Of a stretch of 64,000 nucleotides of DNA, positions 39,205 through 53,139 are shown in pieces. Made by a program: the position numbers and the translations under genes. Each line of letters starts with the position of its first letter. The stretch's first letter is position 1. Origin of the DNA: Phoronis australis (taxonomy: Eukaryota > Animalia > Phoronida); contig NMRA01000708.1 in assembly GCA_002633005.1 (NCBI GenBank), positions 124,001 through 188,000 of the forward strand. Direction: 5' to 3'. The notes beneath the pieces are model-generated. The model searched no databases, was not told the origin of the DNA, and was given only the letters and a program-made list of their open reading frames with translations.

Positions 39205-40246
39205 CAGTGGCGGATCTAGGATATCACAAGGGGGGGCAACATTTTGTCCGGCTGTAAGCATTTGCGCTAAGTGAACCACAATTGTAGATGCGCATAGCAC
39301 CGAATGGGGGGAGGTCGGGAGGGGGGTTTGCCCCCATTCCGCCCAGGAAATTTTTCTGTTTTTACCTCTAAAAATCAAGCATTTTCCTTGATTCCTGAAG
39401 TATTATCCAAGAAAAGGAGGCAAAAAAAAAAAAAACGGAGAACGTGTCAAACAGGAAAAGTCGCAAGTTTCAGAGATTCGAACTCACGACCTAGCGGTTG
39501 GAGCGCGCGTGCATTACCACTACACCACCACGAATAAACAAGTAATCGTATATATAAGAGACCTACTTGTTTATGGTCCACATTGGAGCGCGCGTGCATA
39601 ACCACTACACAACCACGAATAAACAAGTAATCGTATATATAAGAGACCTACTTGTTTATGATCCACAGCGTTTGCGCGCGAAACCCACTTCTTTTTGTAA
39701 TGCTTATTACACGTTTTATATTTTGTGCCATCAATTCTTAACAAATTTGTCGTATTTAAAATAGTCTTCAAATGCCCAAAAGACCAAATCCGTTTTTCGT
39801 GTTGGCAATAATGACAGGATTGCTTTGGAAATCGTCTTAAGTTAAGGTTTGACAAAGAGAGTATTGCGAGTTTCTGAGTGATTCACTAAGGCTTCGATTA
39901 AAATTCACATCTTACCAGCAGCTTCTGTTTTTTCATCGTCACTCAGGTTCCATTTTCTTTAAAAAATGAAGTAAATTTTCTTCATTACACAGTGGAGCAG
40001 ACGACGGAAACGGAGTCGTAGTGCGCAGCGCCACTGCCGGTCGCCTGGGATATCGCGGGAGAGCCTGCACTTAGCCANCCCAACACTAAAACTGCACACA
40101 TTTAAATCTTTTTTCATCCGTATAATTTTAATTACCGGGGTTAATTAATAAACTCAACATTTCCCTACGCTCTTACTGTTTTATTTTTTGCGGCAGCCAG
40201 GTGGGGGGGGGGGCGGGCCCCCTGGGCCCCCCTAAATCCGCCTATG
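39205..40246. mobile_element. 1.04-kb member of the CAGTGGCGGATC-TIR family carrying a tRNA-like segment
   Basis: Termini cagtggcggatctagg / cctaaatccgcctatg; perfect 5-bp TSD ATTCA. Confidence 0.75.
39470..39670 (-). repeat. tRNA-like head plus an 85-bp tandem duplication
   Basis: Minus strand TGGTGTAGTGGTAA (A box) and GAGTTCGAATC (B box); unit ttggagcgcgcgtgcat...tccaca occurs twice (about 39498 and 39583). Confidence 0.65.
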
Positions 40247-40639
40247 ATTCAAGAACACTCAGAACTATACACGGAAAATAATGAAAGCCCAGAAATTGCA
40301 CAGTATGGTTCTTTGTCTTGTGAAGTACCATATTTAGTGGCAACGGTTGAATTATAAAAATCCCAGCCTTGCACTGTTTCAAAAGCAGGTTACAATATAC
40401 ATTTCCATTGAAAGATACATTTATAGAAACTAAATGAAATACGATGAATTGATAAAACACGGGTAAGGTCTTGACCTTTTTGTTATTACTAAGAATGAAT
40501 CATAGGCTCTACTGGTTAATTAACTTTGTATAGATTGATCTTAACTGGTCCTTGACTTAACAATAAGTTATTGTATTAACTGTCGTGAGGACAGTGTAAT
40601 TGTGTGATATGTACCGTATTGAATAAAAAAGTTGATAAA

Positions 40640-41810
40640 GAAAGAAGAGAAAAGAGCCTAATGCGCTACCCAGCATTTACAAACCAAAGAGGGGATGGTG
40701 TTGTAAGAACACATTCGACACGAACACTGTATGTACGATCAGAGAGAAATGAGGTAATCACATTGAGAAGTTATCCAGTAATGCCATAGGATCGGAGTTA
40801 GTTGTGGGGTAGAATGTAATGGAGGGACACAGTCGGAAGCAGAGGCTATATATAGAAAAATGGACCTGACCCTCTCGTCCTTCTCAAAATGTAAATGAAT
40901 GTCATGTACTATTTCAGCAAGTTGTGCCACGGTGCTGTTCCCAGGCAAAAATCCAAATTGACGATGATAAATCAATTCGTTTTGTTTGTGAAATGTAAGA
41001 ATATTTTGAGCAATGATCGTCTCGAAGATTTAAGATAGGGTGTTGAGTAACGTTATTGGGCGATAGTTAGAAATTTCAATTATAGAGTCTTTTTTGTGTA
41101 CAAGGACCATAATTCCATGTTTCCAAGAAGACGGATACAGACAAGAATTTTCAGTGGTAAATAGGTTGGTTAAAGGCATGGTTATTTCATTGGCAATCGT
41201 TTTGATCTTTCTGCTGGTGATAAAAGCTGTGCCAACATTCTTATTGCGGTCAGTTTCATTGTGATACTTGCGGACGTCTGTTTGATTAGCCAGGATATGA
41301 GACAGTTGATCGAGACAACGTTCATGGAAAAAGGGAAAATTACCTACAGTGTACATCAGATGTTGTAACGCGCCTTTTGTTCGTGAAAAAAAATGTGGAA
41401 TAGGTCACGCTTGTCACTCCTACTTGATGCTAGGTTACCATTGTAGCTGATGACTGGGTAAGAGGATTGTTTTTGACTGCCGCGTATTTTATTGATGATA
41501 TCCCAGTGTTCTTTGGAGTTCTTGCGTACATTGTTAATTTGTGATAAAAGCTTTTGGAAATTCTACATTGGAAGCTATGTATCTCTGCATGCTTACCCTG
41601 AGATCTTTGTTAGCACAGGTAAGGTCAGGAAATTTGCAAGAGATGGAATTAAGAAGGTTCTTGGGGGAAATCCATTCAATGATAGACTATGTACGTAACC
41701 GAAGATGAAGACAAAATGCATTTATGTTCGTTTGCACCGGATATAGTAGCTGTAAGAACGGTGTTCCTAATTAAATTCTCCTTTTTAAAAATTGTTTCTA
41801 AATTATCCAC
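40640..41810 (-). mobile_element. Degraded CR1/L2-group LINE RT fragment
   Basis: NYRPITLLNTLS, QFGFLPGNSTVAQL and YGITG motifs, broken by stops and frameshifts. Confidence 0.8.
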
Positions 41811-41967
41811 AAGCTCTTGAGAAGTTTTGGATTAGGCCACTACTGAGATTGCCGCCAGAGTACATGTAGCCTGTATGATTGTGCATTGTATAAACCCAAG
41901 AAGCTGGACATGTATTACTGAAAAAGTCTGTATTGCATTCTGGGATGCACGCATGCCACTATAATAA

Positions 41968-42039
41968 ACATACATACATACATACATACATACATACATA
42001 CATACATACATACATACATGCATGCATACACACACACAT

Positions 42040-42107
<68 letters not shown>
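41968..42107. repeat. Compound microsatellite (CATA)n(CA)n(TA)n
   Basis: Seen directly in the sequence. Confidence 0.97.
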
Positions 42108-42111
<4 letters not shown>

Positions 42112-42149
42112 CGCGTATCACGTGTGTTCTATAGTGCCATGACATAGTT

Positions 42150-43473
42150 TGCCTGTTGCTGTTTGTTTGGAAAAGTCACAGGATGTGTCCAGAGCAGCCG
42201 CCGAGTTACAGTATGTAACTGGTATTCGTGAGTACAGTGCATATGGCTAATTGGTCAAAATGCAAACTCCCTATTTACAAATGTGTTAAGTCGGAGTTGT
42301 GTGGTTATGGAAGTCTTGTTCTTATTGGTTATCGTATCGTGATACTCGAAACGTTGCGGTGTGCGTGCTCTTGATTTAGCGCACGAAGAACCCTAAAGCA
42401 CGGTGTGGTGGCCAGGTATGGACTGTAAGTCTCGGTTGCCACTCGTTGGTGAACTCAATAAGCCGCAACCGATGCAGCGCACGCACGGAAATAACAACGG
42501 GTCCCTGACAAGATATCGCGGTTGATTTGATGGGCCAGATGCCAACTGGAGAACACATTTTGCAGCTGTGGACTATGATAGCCGTATTTTTTTAATTTAA
42601 CAGACTAATACGTACTTCGTCTCGTATGGTTGAGTTACTGGAACATATGTTTGCGCTTTTTGCTGTGAAAACTGACAATGGTTGTTGGTTTTCGTCGAAT
42701 GAGTTCGAAAACTATCTGAGAACGGTGACGAGCATCGCACATCTGTGTTAGCGCATTGTACAACTCTTCACTCGGCAACTGGCGAGACTCCAGCTAATCC
42801 AGTGTTTCGTCATTAACTGCGTTCTGAGTTGCTGTAGCTGAGAGAGAGATCACCATTGGACGGCATGTGGTCCTGATCGAGATAACTATGCTAAGTTGTC
42901 TAGTAAACGTGTTCTGAATGAGTCTCGTGGAGCTACTTATTCTGAGATCAGTGTCGGTGACAAGGTGTTGTTGCGTAGCATTGCAACGAACTATCATCCC
43001 GCACCGTTTACTATTTCTTAGTCAGCAGAGGGGAAGGAGGTCATTGTCCTGTCGGAGGATGGCACAAGTTATCGACGCGATGCTTCGTTTGTGACTCTTG
43101 AGCGAGGTGTAGATGCTGAAAACTCTTCTCCAATCCATGGCAGCGGCACTTCTTCATGCGGTGCAATGTTTGAACTTTGTGTTTGACCTTAGAGGAGTGT
43201 TAAGCCACCTGACTACCTTAAGGACTATGTAGTTAACAAGTATACTCTTGTTTAAAAGACTCTCAAGTGGACTTGCTTTGAGTTGCTGTGTTTAACGTTT
43301 GAGCGTGGGTTACATGCTTTGCTGTTTTCTTATTTAAGAGAGTCACCGTCCGAGAAAAGGAGGGCTGTAATGTACTAAACTAACTCTACATGGCAAGGCT
43401 AACTTTACTTGGTAAATAAAGATGGCGGAGCACAGTCATAATTATTATTGTCTGTGTTAATCCGACAACATCA
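42150..43473 (+). mobile_element. Old Gypsy-type integrase remnant with polypurine tract and short 3' LTR
   Basis: Degraded QDIAVDLMG.MPTGEH, VDY.SR, KTDNG and HSATGETPA motifs; purine tract gagaaaaggaggg, then TG(43366)...AATAAA...CA(about 43470). Confidence 0.7.
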
Positions 43474-46400
43474 CTTTAAAGGCCACTTTACAGACTCGTT
43501 AAAGAAAACTGCCGAAAGTTTAAGTTCCAGCCTTTTGCTCGTGCTTGCAGCCACAATATGAAGCGTTTTGAAAGCGAGTCGGCTGTCGTTGTCCACGATG
43601 TAGACTAAGGTTTAAGAAATTATGTTACTATACCAAGATCACATTGAGGTTTTAGGGAGTTGGTACGTGTAAACTCGATGAAAAGGATCACGTTGGGAGA
43701 ATTGAAGAATATTGCAAATGAACTTAACGAATGGTCGGTGGCATCTCGAATTCAGGAGCTGGCAGCGTCAACCTATGTCCGCAAAGACCGATCGGTTACT
43801 GAGTGTCACTGGGAGAATGGAAAGTGCGGGTGTTTGAATAAATCACCACGAACGCTGAGCAACTTAAACAATATCTAGACTATTTGTAATGTACTGTGCT
43901 CGTCAATGCCGTCATCAAAAAGAGCGTGTTATTTATGACCACGATCAGTATAACTGTGTGATTCTTTGCAATGCCTCTTGGCAATTTCTGGGTCTGTATA
44001 TTTATCGTACTGAATATTTTATAATAAACATTAAAAAAATCTTGATAATGAAACAACCCAGACCTCGAAAGATTGCTAACAAGCAAAATCATTACATGTA
44101 TCTTTCCACCATACCAATCAACATCCAATCCCGTTGGTCGAGTCAATACTCCAAAAAGTGTCCAGTCACATGAGTGAAAGCTGTTTGTAACTTGGCACGC
44201 GATTCGTCAATTTCCGAGTCGAGTTATGAGTCAGCTTTGATGTTCACGTGTCCTGTTAAAATTTGCGAAGGGTTGGACTTGTCGCCGGAGACCACGTAAT
44301 CAATGGTAGAGGGACAGTCATCTCCGGCGATTTGCATGAGAGAGGCTGTACAGAACCTGTGCCGGTTTTGTGACTGATATTGCTTGACCAACTCAAACGG
44401 GTAAACTAGTTATTAGAATGTACCAGAGTCCAAATGCTCAAGCTAAATTTCACACTAGTTAGCTGTTGCATCCTTTTAATCACACCAACAGGTCTTGCCA
44501 CATTCCTTACAGTGATGTAGTTTCCATTACCGGCAAGAAAATTTTTCAGATCTAACAGGCGTTGGCTAACCCTGAAATTGCAATTTCGAAAATCGTGACA
44601 TGTAAGCATCCTCTGAGAGCCAAGTTTGAAAAGGAAACAGAAATCTGTGTCTCTGTAAGGATTATAAGATGCGAGTAAAACTCCAATTCTACGTTTGTCA
44701 GCTAAACAAAGGGAAATCTCAACTTAAATGTAATAAGTTCTGAAGTTCAGGAAGAACGAATATCTGCTCAAGATGTAAACATCGTATATTCACGTTTGCA
44801 GACACACCTACAAGAACTTAATCTGTTGCTTTAAAACTCCTCCCTAATTATTCTTATCCAAGATTGTGACCATTTCTTCGTCTACTGATTCCTTGTACTG
44901 TGCTGAACATTTTCTCAAAAGATACAGCGGGATTAAGGACAACATCGCATTAAACATCCCGCCAAAACAAAAGTACATCAGTGCCATAGGTCCGATTGTA
45001 TCAAACGTGAGTGGTATTATCGGTGGCAATACAATGGTTCCCGCTATCATGCCCGCTACACAAATGTTGACCATGACTGAGTCATCCGCTATGTATGCTA
45101 GAGAAAAACTGACAAAGGAAGCAAACACTGGACTACAGCAAAGACCTATGGAAATGGTTGAAAACCAGAGGAGAAACGTGCTTCGTTCGGCGGCAAAACA
45201 TAGCACCAGAAAAACAACTGCCAGGGCGGTTATGTTTACAACAATTATTACAAAAGAATCGACCAACTTAGAAATCCAAATAGCGTTAATACATCCAAAA
45301 GTATACGCGCCATAGCAGACCGACAACATCAGGACTGCTTCTGACTTTGTAACGTCTGCCTTGGACTCAATGCAAAATGTAGTGAAAAGATCTATGAACG
45401 ATTTCTGAGAACTGCTGTAACATAAGGATACGAAAAATATCAAAACAGCCATTGTGATATTTGTTTTATTGCGGAACACTTGGTTTGATTGACTTGACTC
45501 TTCTGCTTGTGATGTTACGGTGGCGGTGTCCTCATCTTTGGGTTGTTTCAGGAAATATATAATGAAAAAACAGAGAGCTGGTACAAAACACGCACAGCCA
45601 AGTATTACGACGGTATCCGTAAAGAACATGAGACTCAGACCAGTGACGTGCGCCTGATAGACTACAGTTTAGCGCACAAAGAGAACTCGCGTTATCATTG
45701 GGAAGATAAGACATAGACGTCTCGTTCCACGACTGGGTTCTGCCTATTTCTTCTGACTGGAATGGCCGAACAATCAATGCTCCAGCAAAGGGACCAAAAA
45801 ACTTGAACGCGCAGACTGCTTGTAAGAGCTGTGCTCGATGCCTTGCACCAACTTTCACTACAATAACTAATAACCCTGCAAAAAATAAGAGTACTCAGAA
45901 TTAGAACATATATTTTCTTGTGTTTAGCGTGTGTGTGCTGTTAGCGTAAATTCTCGAGATCTCGCGTGATGCAGTTGACTGACCCAACGAATGTCGACAA
46001 TTATTATAACCAGCCTCATCAACTACTTCGAATTCAGTCAGAGCAGAGGCACCCAATGTCGTCATCGTTGCATTTCGTGACGAATCACGTCATCGCCACG
46101 TTGTTACCGACGCCACAATAGAACCGATATCTGCTACAAGCCCGCTGTCCGTAAACATTTTCTAAAATGTTATCACCTTGATTGAGATTATTTATAAGGT
46201 AGTCTCAACTTGTACTCAATGCACCTTGTTTGTGAGTTCTAGGATTTGAAACAACTGAAAGTTCACTGTTTCTTGAGACCGGCCTCCCGTTCAATAACGC
46301 TAGGACTTCGCTAAAAGTCAGTTCGCGAGATTATGTGAGGTATTATCGTGTTTTTTTTTTTAAATGAGAACACGTGACTTTGGCTATGTTTTAGGTAGGC

Positions 46401-49400
46401 CCGAGCGTAGATCCTAGTACTAACGATGGCACGCCGGGCTTAAAAATTTGGATTGTCACCGTGGATGCTGTAGCCTCGAGCCATAAACAAGTTCATTTTT
46501 GTCAAATGACTAGTAATGCTTCTAACACTTGAACCTCTGAAGGTGCTAGGCCTTCCCTGGGAGCGGAACGGACCCTGCTCACTTCGGCGATTGCTAATAA
46601 TACCGCCTGGACATCCTGTCAGAGATTTGTTACAAACAAAATAATAATATTCTTGTATGGACGTGAGTCTACACTAGTGACTCCTGATGAATCTCACAAT
46701 TCTAATCAATGGTTGCTGTTGACATGGATTTTGAATACAAACCGTATTCATCTAGTGCACCTCAACAAACGGGTACAGTTAATATTCATAAGAGACAAAG
46801 TTGGATCAACTAAAATAACTTGGCACAGGTATAACAAAAATGTAGCAGACTGTTTTCCAATTCTGAATTTGATACTAGTGCCTTATTTGAACAGAAAACA
46901 CTATACGAAAAAATTCCTTAAATTCTCCAGATTATCGAATACTCATGGTTTGCACTGCTGAGGTGAGAGCATTTATCCATTGACAACTGTAAAGTTTACC
47001 AGTCTGACATTTTCCGCAAAATAAATGGAATAAAATTCTAGTCAACATTCATTAATAAAAGGAATGAAAAGACAACAAACACACCACAGCAAGGAGTTAC
47101 TTAGTCTGCTTTCTTCAAAGCCATTCGATATCAGCATGTCAGGGTACTTCGGAAAAATGTAACCGTGACAAATTAAAATGAACACTTGCTTCTACAACAT
47201 GCACTCGTTAAGTATTCAAGATAAAACAAGGCAACAATGCGAAACAGTGAAAGCACAGCGACGTGACTGCAAGTTGTCCAGGGTCGTCTGATAAACTGCT
47301 CCTAGCCGTCCAAAATGGTTTTCAGAGAGTTTGTGAAGTCCCTAAAAGAAACTACAAATGTAACATCTCCAGAGACGGTGATCGTTGTACGTAGGAGATT
47401 GAATGATTTAATGTTCCCCAAACTAAATTAGGGTTCTTAGTCATATTTCTCGACTTTTACTGCAGGATTGACGGAAATTTGATATCGGATAAATTGCACG
47501 GTCGTGTCATAAGAGGTGTATACAGGATTGTGAGTTCGGCGGAGCAGGGCATAGTATTAGTTAGGATATTACCTGTCAGACAATCGCACCCCCGAAGTGC
47601 CAATTAGAATCTGGGAAATTTTATGGGGGCTTGGACTCCTTGGCCCCCAGCATCCATCACTAATCATCACGTATGCTACGCGCCATTCAAACGAGGCTGC
47701 CATTCTTAAGCTGCTATTCAGTGATTAACGACTTGTCTCCATTGAAGTTCTGAAATCAATCCCAATGGTGTTCTGCAGCAATGAAAATGGAGATAACTCT
47801 ACTGAAAAGGGCGAATTGGTGTCACAGTACTCACGTAATACGCTACACGCCTGCAGGAAAAAGTGAAAAATTCTGATTCGCGTAAAACTCAAGCCCGTTC
47901 CTGAACTCGCATTCTTAAAACTATTATTCGATGCACTCGCTGTAGAATTCCTTGAGACGTTCTGAACCCCGTTCTCTCCTTCCGTCGCCCTTCTCACGTT
48001 TGCTCCCTTACCACCTGAAGCCTCTATACACAGTACATGTACGTCTTCCAATTGCATCACCACTCTTCTTATCTAATCTGCCTTTTTTGTTGCACCCTTG
48101 TGGGCGCACCAATATGTAGAGTGACCGCCTCAACTACCACTGCTAGCAGGAAAACTGGTTCTGTCGTTCAAGCGAACCCCATACCTGACTTAACGCGCAC
48201 CCCTGAACGGCTTATTTTTCATTTAATACATGTACGCGCTCGTAGTGGGCCCAAAATAAATTCGGTAACTAAAATGACGTCGTTCAACTTACCCACGCCC
48301 AGTATCCCAGCAACGAAAGCCTGGACTGCAATTATTACAATCATAAGGTATATTGAAGAAGGTAGCGGGATCACAGCGGTAGTGATTCCTAACAGGACCA
48401 AATTCAATGCCATCACAAGGGTGCTGTCCATTGCCAAGAAAAAATTCGTCGCCACAGTTCCAGTAAATAGTCCCAGAGACCACAGAAGAAGAACAGCTGA
48501 TGCTTGAGAGGTCGCCGAGTGGGTAATTTGCAAAAGGTCAGGTAACGCAGGACCTAGTATGTTCAAAGCCATGGACTGAAAAGATGAAATTACGGAACGA
48601 ATAAAATGTAATAGTAAATCTAATAGTAGTATATATGAAAACTTGTTTTTGGGCCATTACACATCGCTCGAAAAGTAGATTTTGTGCATTTAGCTGTCGG
48701 AAACGTGATGGCACGAGCCAAGACAAAAACATAAATAGAACACAGGAGATGGCGCTGCATGTTCATTTCTGTTCACACCATGCTGACATAGAGGCTAATA
48801 TGAACACGAAAAGTTTAACAAAGTTTGGTAATGGAATAGTGTATATAGCAGGACATGATATAAAATTCCCTACTCTTTGGACTGTAGGAGAATATTTCTT
48901 GATTTCGGACAGTGATATTGTGTTTGCATGCATGATATGCATCAGAGTATATATCGTTGGGTTTCTGGAGAATGACTATTAAATAGTTGGGGGTTCATTA
49001 AACCTTCAACAATTGAAATCAACCAATTGTAGTAACTAGAGACAGGAAAATATGTTATATTTATTTTGAAAATAATGAATTCGTGCCGAAAGGGCAAAAT
49101 TTAAGAATAAATTTTGAAAAATCTGGTTTGCGTTGGAATTATTTCGTGCTAATGTTATCCAAAAAGAAGCAGAAAGACTATCGTTAAATTGCCTGTTAGC
49201 AGCGTGACCTCATTTGAATTGCCTTTGATCCGAGTACAGGAACATTGCAGATTAAAATCTGGATGGTATAAATGACTGGGCGAACGGACGCACACGGGAG
49301 GAGAACTCATTTTACCTTTGGCATTCATGTTATTTCCAGAATAATTCAAACCATTTCAGCACACGTAAATGTCAATTTGCGTAGATATATCACCATAGCC

Positions 49401-49554
49401 AAACGTAATATATTTGAGTTGTTTTGCATGACAGAAGGTACTGAAGGTATGACCAACTTTCAGGAGTAGACTGATACTGGTTTTAGTTTGTTGACTTTCA
49501 TTAAGCCACTCTGTTTACTAGCATATAGCAGTGATGATGTAATTTGAATACTAG

Positions 49555-49574
49555 AGAACATTCTAGAAGATTCC
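49555..49574. promoter_or_regulatory. Perfect four-unit heat-shock element (copy at 52966-52985)
   Basis: aGAAcaTTCtaGAAgaTTCc matches nGAAnnTTCnnGAAnnTTCn; function not shown. Confidence 0.45.
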
Positions 49575-49719
49575 AATATGTATATATATAAATAGTCTGG
49601 AACATTCTAAAACATAGCGTATGTTTATAGAATGATTAAGTAGATTTCGGAAAGTTCTAGATTATTAATTAAATCAGTATTTGGCCACAATAACATTAAA
49701 AACCGGACGATCGCCGCAC

Positions 49720-50465
49720 ATATAAAAAAGTTCATGTTCAATTCAACGTTTCGTCTTTTCATAATACATCATCAGGATCATATTTACAACAATTTGGGAC
49801 AAGTGCCAACATACAGCTCAGGTAACATCCACAGAGTGAAGTGAGAGATACACAGAATATGGTCAGTAGGTGGTCATCACCATAGCTGCAGGGTCACAGA
49901 GCTCTGCATGTTATTCAGAGAATCAGTGGCATGCTGGTTCTGAATGGCCAATGACTCTTTAATGTACAGTAACTCCTTATTAGGTTCTCTGCAGATAATA
50001 CTAACAGAGTAGGCTTGGTGATTGTAGCTAATACAATGCCTATATATGTTACTTTTCTCTGAGATGTGATGTTCTTTCTACCTGTCACAGAGGCGTCTCT
50101 GTGTGAGTCCTATATAGAATTTCTTACAGTTGTCACATTCAACCTTATACACAACATTGCTCTTGTGTAATAAAGGGATGAGCGACTTTAGTTTAAACAG
50201 CATATTGGAAAATTTTCGAAGAGGTTTGAAAACAACTATCAGTTCAACTGCTGGTTCTATGCAATGAATAAGGCGAGATAATTGACGTTTCAATTTTATA
50301 CTACTTGGCCCGGTGTAACCAAGAGAAAAGAAAACTTTCTTTTTCTCAGGTCCAATAACAGCTACCTTATCTGCCTCATTCATTTTTGAAAGAAAGTGCC
50401 TTTTACAGCTATTCAGAAAATTCAGAGGGTAACCATTGGCACGCAATAACTGGATAATCATAGCT
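49720..50465 (-). mobile_element. Penelope-like element 3' remnant (GIY-YIG), copy 1
   Basis: LRANGYP...VVYKVECDNCKKFYIGLTQRRL, then a premature TAG; downstream CTGATGA...GAAAC motif. Confidence 0.85.
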
Positions 50466-53139
50466 ACGTCACTAGATTATACTTGATTCAACAGTTGCAG
50501 CGTTCTTCAATTCGAAGCAAGCTGCATGCAGAAACAGTAGGTTATTGAATCAACGATTTTAACAGTTGCTGAAAATGTTTGATGAGTTGTGTGTATTCAG
50601 GACATATGAAACCCCTTAAAATATTATTTGCAGTGTTACTCTTCATTGACACCTAATTTTCATGTTTGAACTGTGCTCTGTTCCACGTCTGATTTATAGA
50701 ACTAGCGAAAATTCAGTGTCAAATTTCACACTGAGAAATGAGCAAGTTTAATCCCGGGAACTATTTTCAAAGTTACTATCATTTGTTACACAACAAAGAC
50801 TAAAATATAAACCCCCCAAATGTGACGACAAGAGTGTTTTAATAAATTCCTTGTGGGCTACGGCTAACGGCCTTGCACGCAACAAAAATGTTTCGTCCAT
50901 GTTTCATCGTCAGAAGTACGGGTTATTATCTTGTAATGTGTCATTTAAACAGTGCTGTAGTGGTAAAATTAGAGGTAAGTAGGCGCCCAAAACATACCGC
51001 TTCACCTTGAACACTGAACGTAACTTACGGTGCATAGGCGCTACGTTCAAATGCCAAAAGGCACTGCATTTAAGTCGTGATACTTCATACTACTTACGCG
51101 TATCCAGGTACCGAGGAAGCAGGTGAAAATCAGGAAGATGTCCAGTCTGCTATATCCACGAGAGATGTCACCGTCGTCACTATTGACGGAATGATTTTCT
51201 TGATCTAGAGAAGTACACATCTATCTAGCCTGAAAGCTAAGCTAAAAATATTCATTATTATAATCAAACTTCGCCATTCTGCGATTCAAACAATGTGCAT
51301 CACAGCATTAGTCCCCTAAGTGAAATATTGAAACTCACACACAGAGGGCGCAGAGACAACGCTTCAATCACAAGTAAGGCAACAGTTCATTTGTGTCGAG
51401 ATATGATTGAGCCAACAAATCCCAGAGAGTTAGTCCATGCACGCAAAGCACTATGCTGTTCCTATCTTCACAGTAGAAACCTGGGTAAAGTTCAGAGCTA
51501 TCAAAGGAACCACGGCAGGATCGTTACGTCCACTGGGTTGGGTTTCAAAATCGCTAATGACCATTTCATTTTTCAAAAATTTGAGAGGTCTTGCATATTC
51601 ACTTTTTATGTTACAAGAATGTCACCTGTCCCTACCCACAAAATGGTTATATGCCCTTTTCTTGAAATGACCATCTTTTACAAATTGAAAGTTGGTAAAA
51701 GCTTGACTGTGTAGTGGAATACTTTGCTTGTCGGTTTTGCTCACATACGTAAACATATTTGCAAACATACGTACCTACCTACGTACAAGTACAGTACGTA
51801 TTTGGCAGTCCTTGTACGCAGATACATTTATACATACATATTGAAAGATCACGTACATGTGTACCATCGTCTCGTACAAAAAGACAACCAATCACTGACC
51901 ATTCCGGCAAAGTTGTTAAATTCACAATAAGATCATCGCTCACATTTTATATCTGAAACGGTGCCTCAAGCCTGTCAAGCATGAATTTTTACTTTTGTCT
52001 CGCCAACAAAAGCCACCGTTCATCTTCCACTAATATTCGAAAGGTATTTCATCATAGTACAGTATATTGTACTTGTTGTCAAATATTTTGAACTCTCCGT
52101 ATTCTTAGCCAGATATTTCCCGGGGCCAAAAGAGTGCTTTGAGTTGCGCAATTTCTGTCTGGGTCACCGTGTTGTGTCAAGTCAATCACCATAATAGTCG
52201 GTGGGCCAAAATTTGTAGGGCCTCTAGAAAATGGTTTTTGTGAGTAATTTAGGGGGGGGGGCAATTTTATTTTGGTGTTTTTTTAATTCATTTACTAGAG
52301 TGTTTTCAAAATCTGAAAAGTTCCCACATATAAAGTTGCGCATTTTTGAGAAATTTGAGTTTGAAGTTACATAATAATCACCAAAGAGCTTAGTAAATTA
52401 ATATTTGTAAAAACAACAGTTTTGGTGACTTTTTTGTAAAACAAGTAATATGGTCCCATCAGTGCCATTGTGTTGAACAATATTACACTCACATTACATG
52501 TTTCACTATTGTAGATTAATTGTAAACAGTNATGTGGTTTGCGTTGGAATTATTTCGTGCTAATGTTATCCAAAATGAAGCAGAAAGACTATCGTTAAAT
52601 TGCCTGTTAGCAGCGTGACCTCATTTAAATTGCCTTTGATCCGAATACAGGAACATTGCAGATTAAAATCTGGATGGTATAAATGACTGGGAGAACGGAC
52701 GCACACGGGAGGAGAACTCGTTTTACCTTTGGCATTCATGTTATTTCCAGAATAATTCAAGCCATTTCAGCACACGTAAATGTCAATTTGCGTAGATATA
52801 TCACCATAACCAAACGTAATATATTTGAGTTGTTTTCCATGACAGAAGGTACTGAAGGTATGACCAACTTTCAGGAGTAGACTGACACTGGTTTTAGTTT
52901 GTTAACTTTCATTTAGCTACTCTGTTTACTAACATGTAGCAGTGATGATATAATTTGAATACTAGAGAACATTCTAGAAGATTCCAATATGTTCCTGATT
53001 ATATAGATAAAAAGTCTGGAGCATTCTAGAACATAGCGTATTTTTATAGAATGATTAAGTAGATTTCGGAAAGTTCTAGATTATAAATTAAATCAGTTTT
53101 TGGCCACAATAAGATTAAAAACCGGACGATCGCCGCACA

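Larger units (their letters stand above)
44844..51220 (-). pseudogene. MFSD4-like (sodium-dependent glucose transporter family) MFS transporter, about 478 aa if one frameshift is corrected
   Basis: Exons 51220-51098 (MCTSLDQ...IFLIFTCFLGTWIR|gtaagt), 48575-48293 (SMALNILGPALPDL...ILGV|gtaagt) and 45875-44844; phases match; many hydrophobic helices; one extra base near 45612 shifts the frame (could be a sequencing error). Confidence 0.7.

Noticed and set aside
41832-42145. YIYI / CMYV repeat ORFs
   Set aside because: Translations of microsatellites.
44090-44170. LTRPTGLDVDWYGGKI resembling an LDL-receptor YWTD repeat
   Set aside because: A single short match with no YWTD motif and no supporting exons.
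48700-48790. Alternative first exon for the MFS gene (MSAWCEQK*TCSAISCVLFMFLSW)
   Set aside because: In-frame TGA and no good donor; 51098-51220 has an ATG, a transmembrane segment and a canonical gtaagt donor in the right phase.
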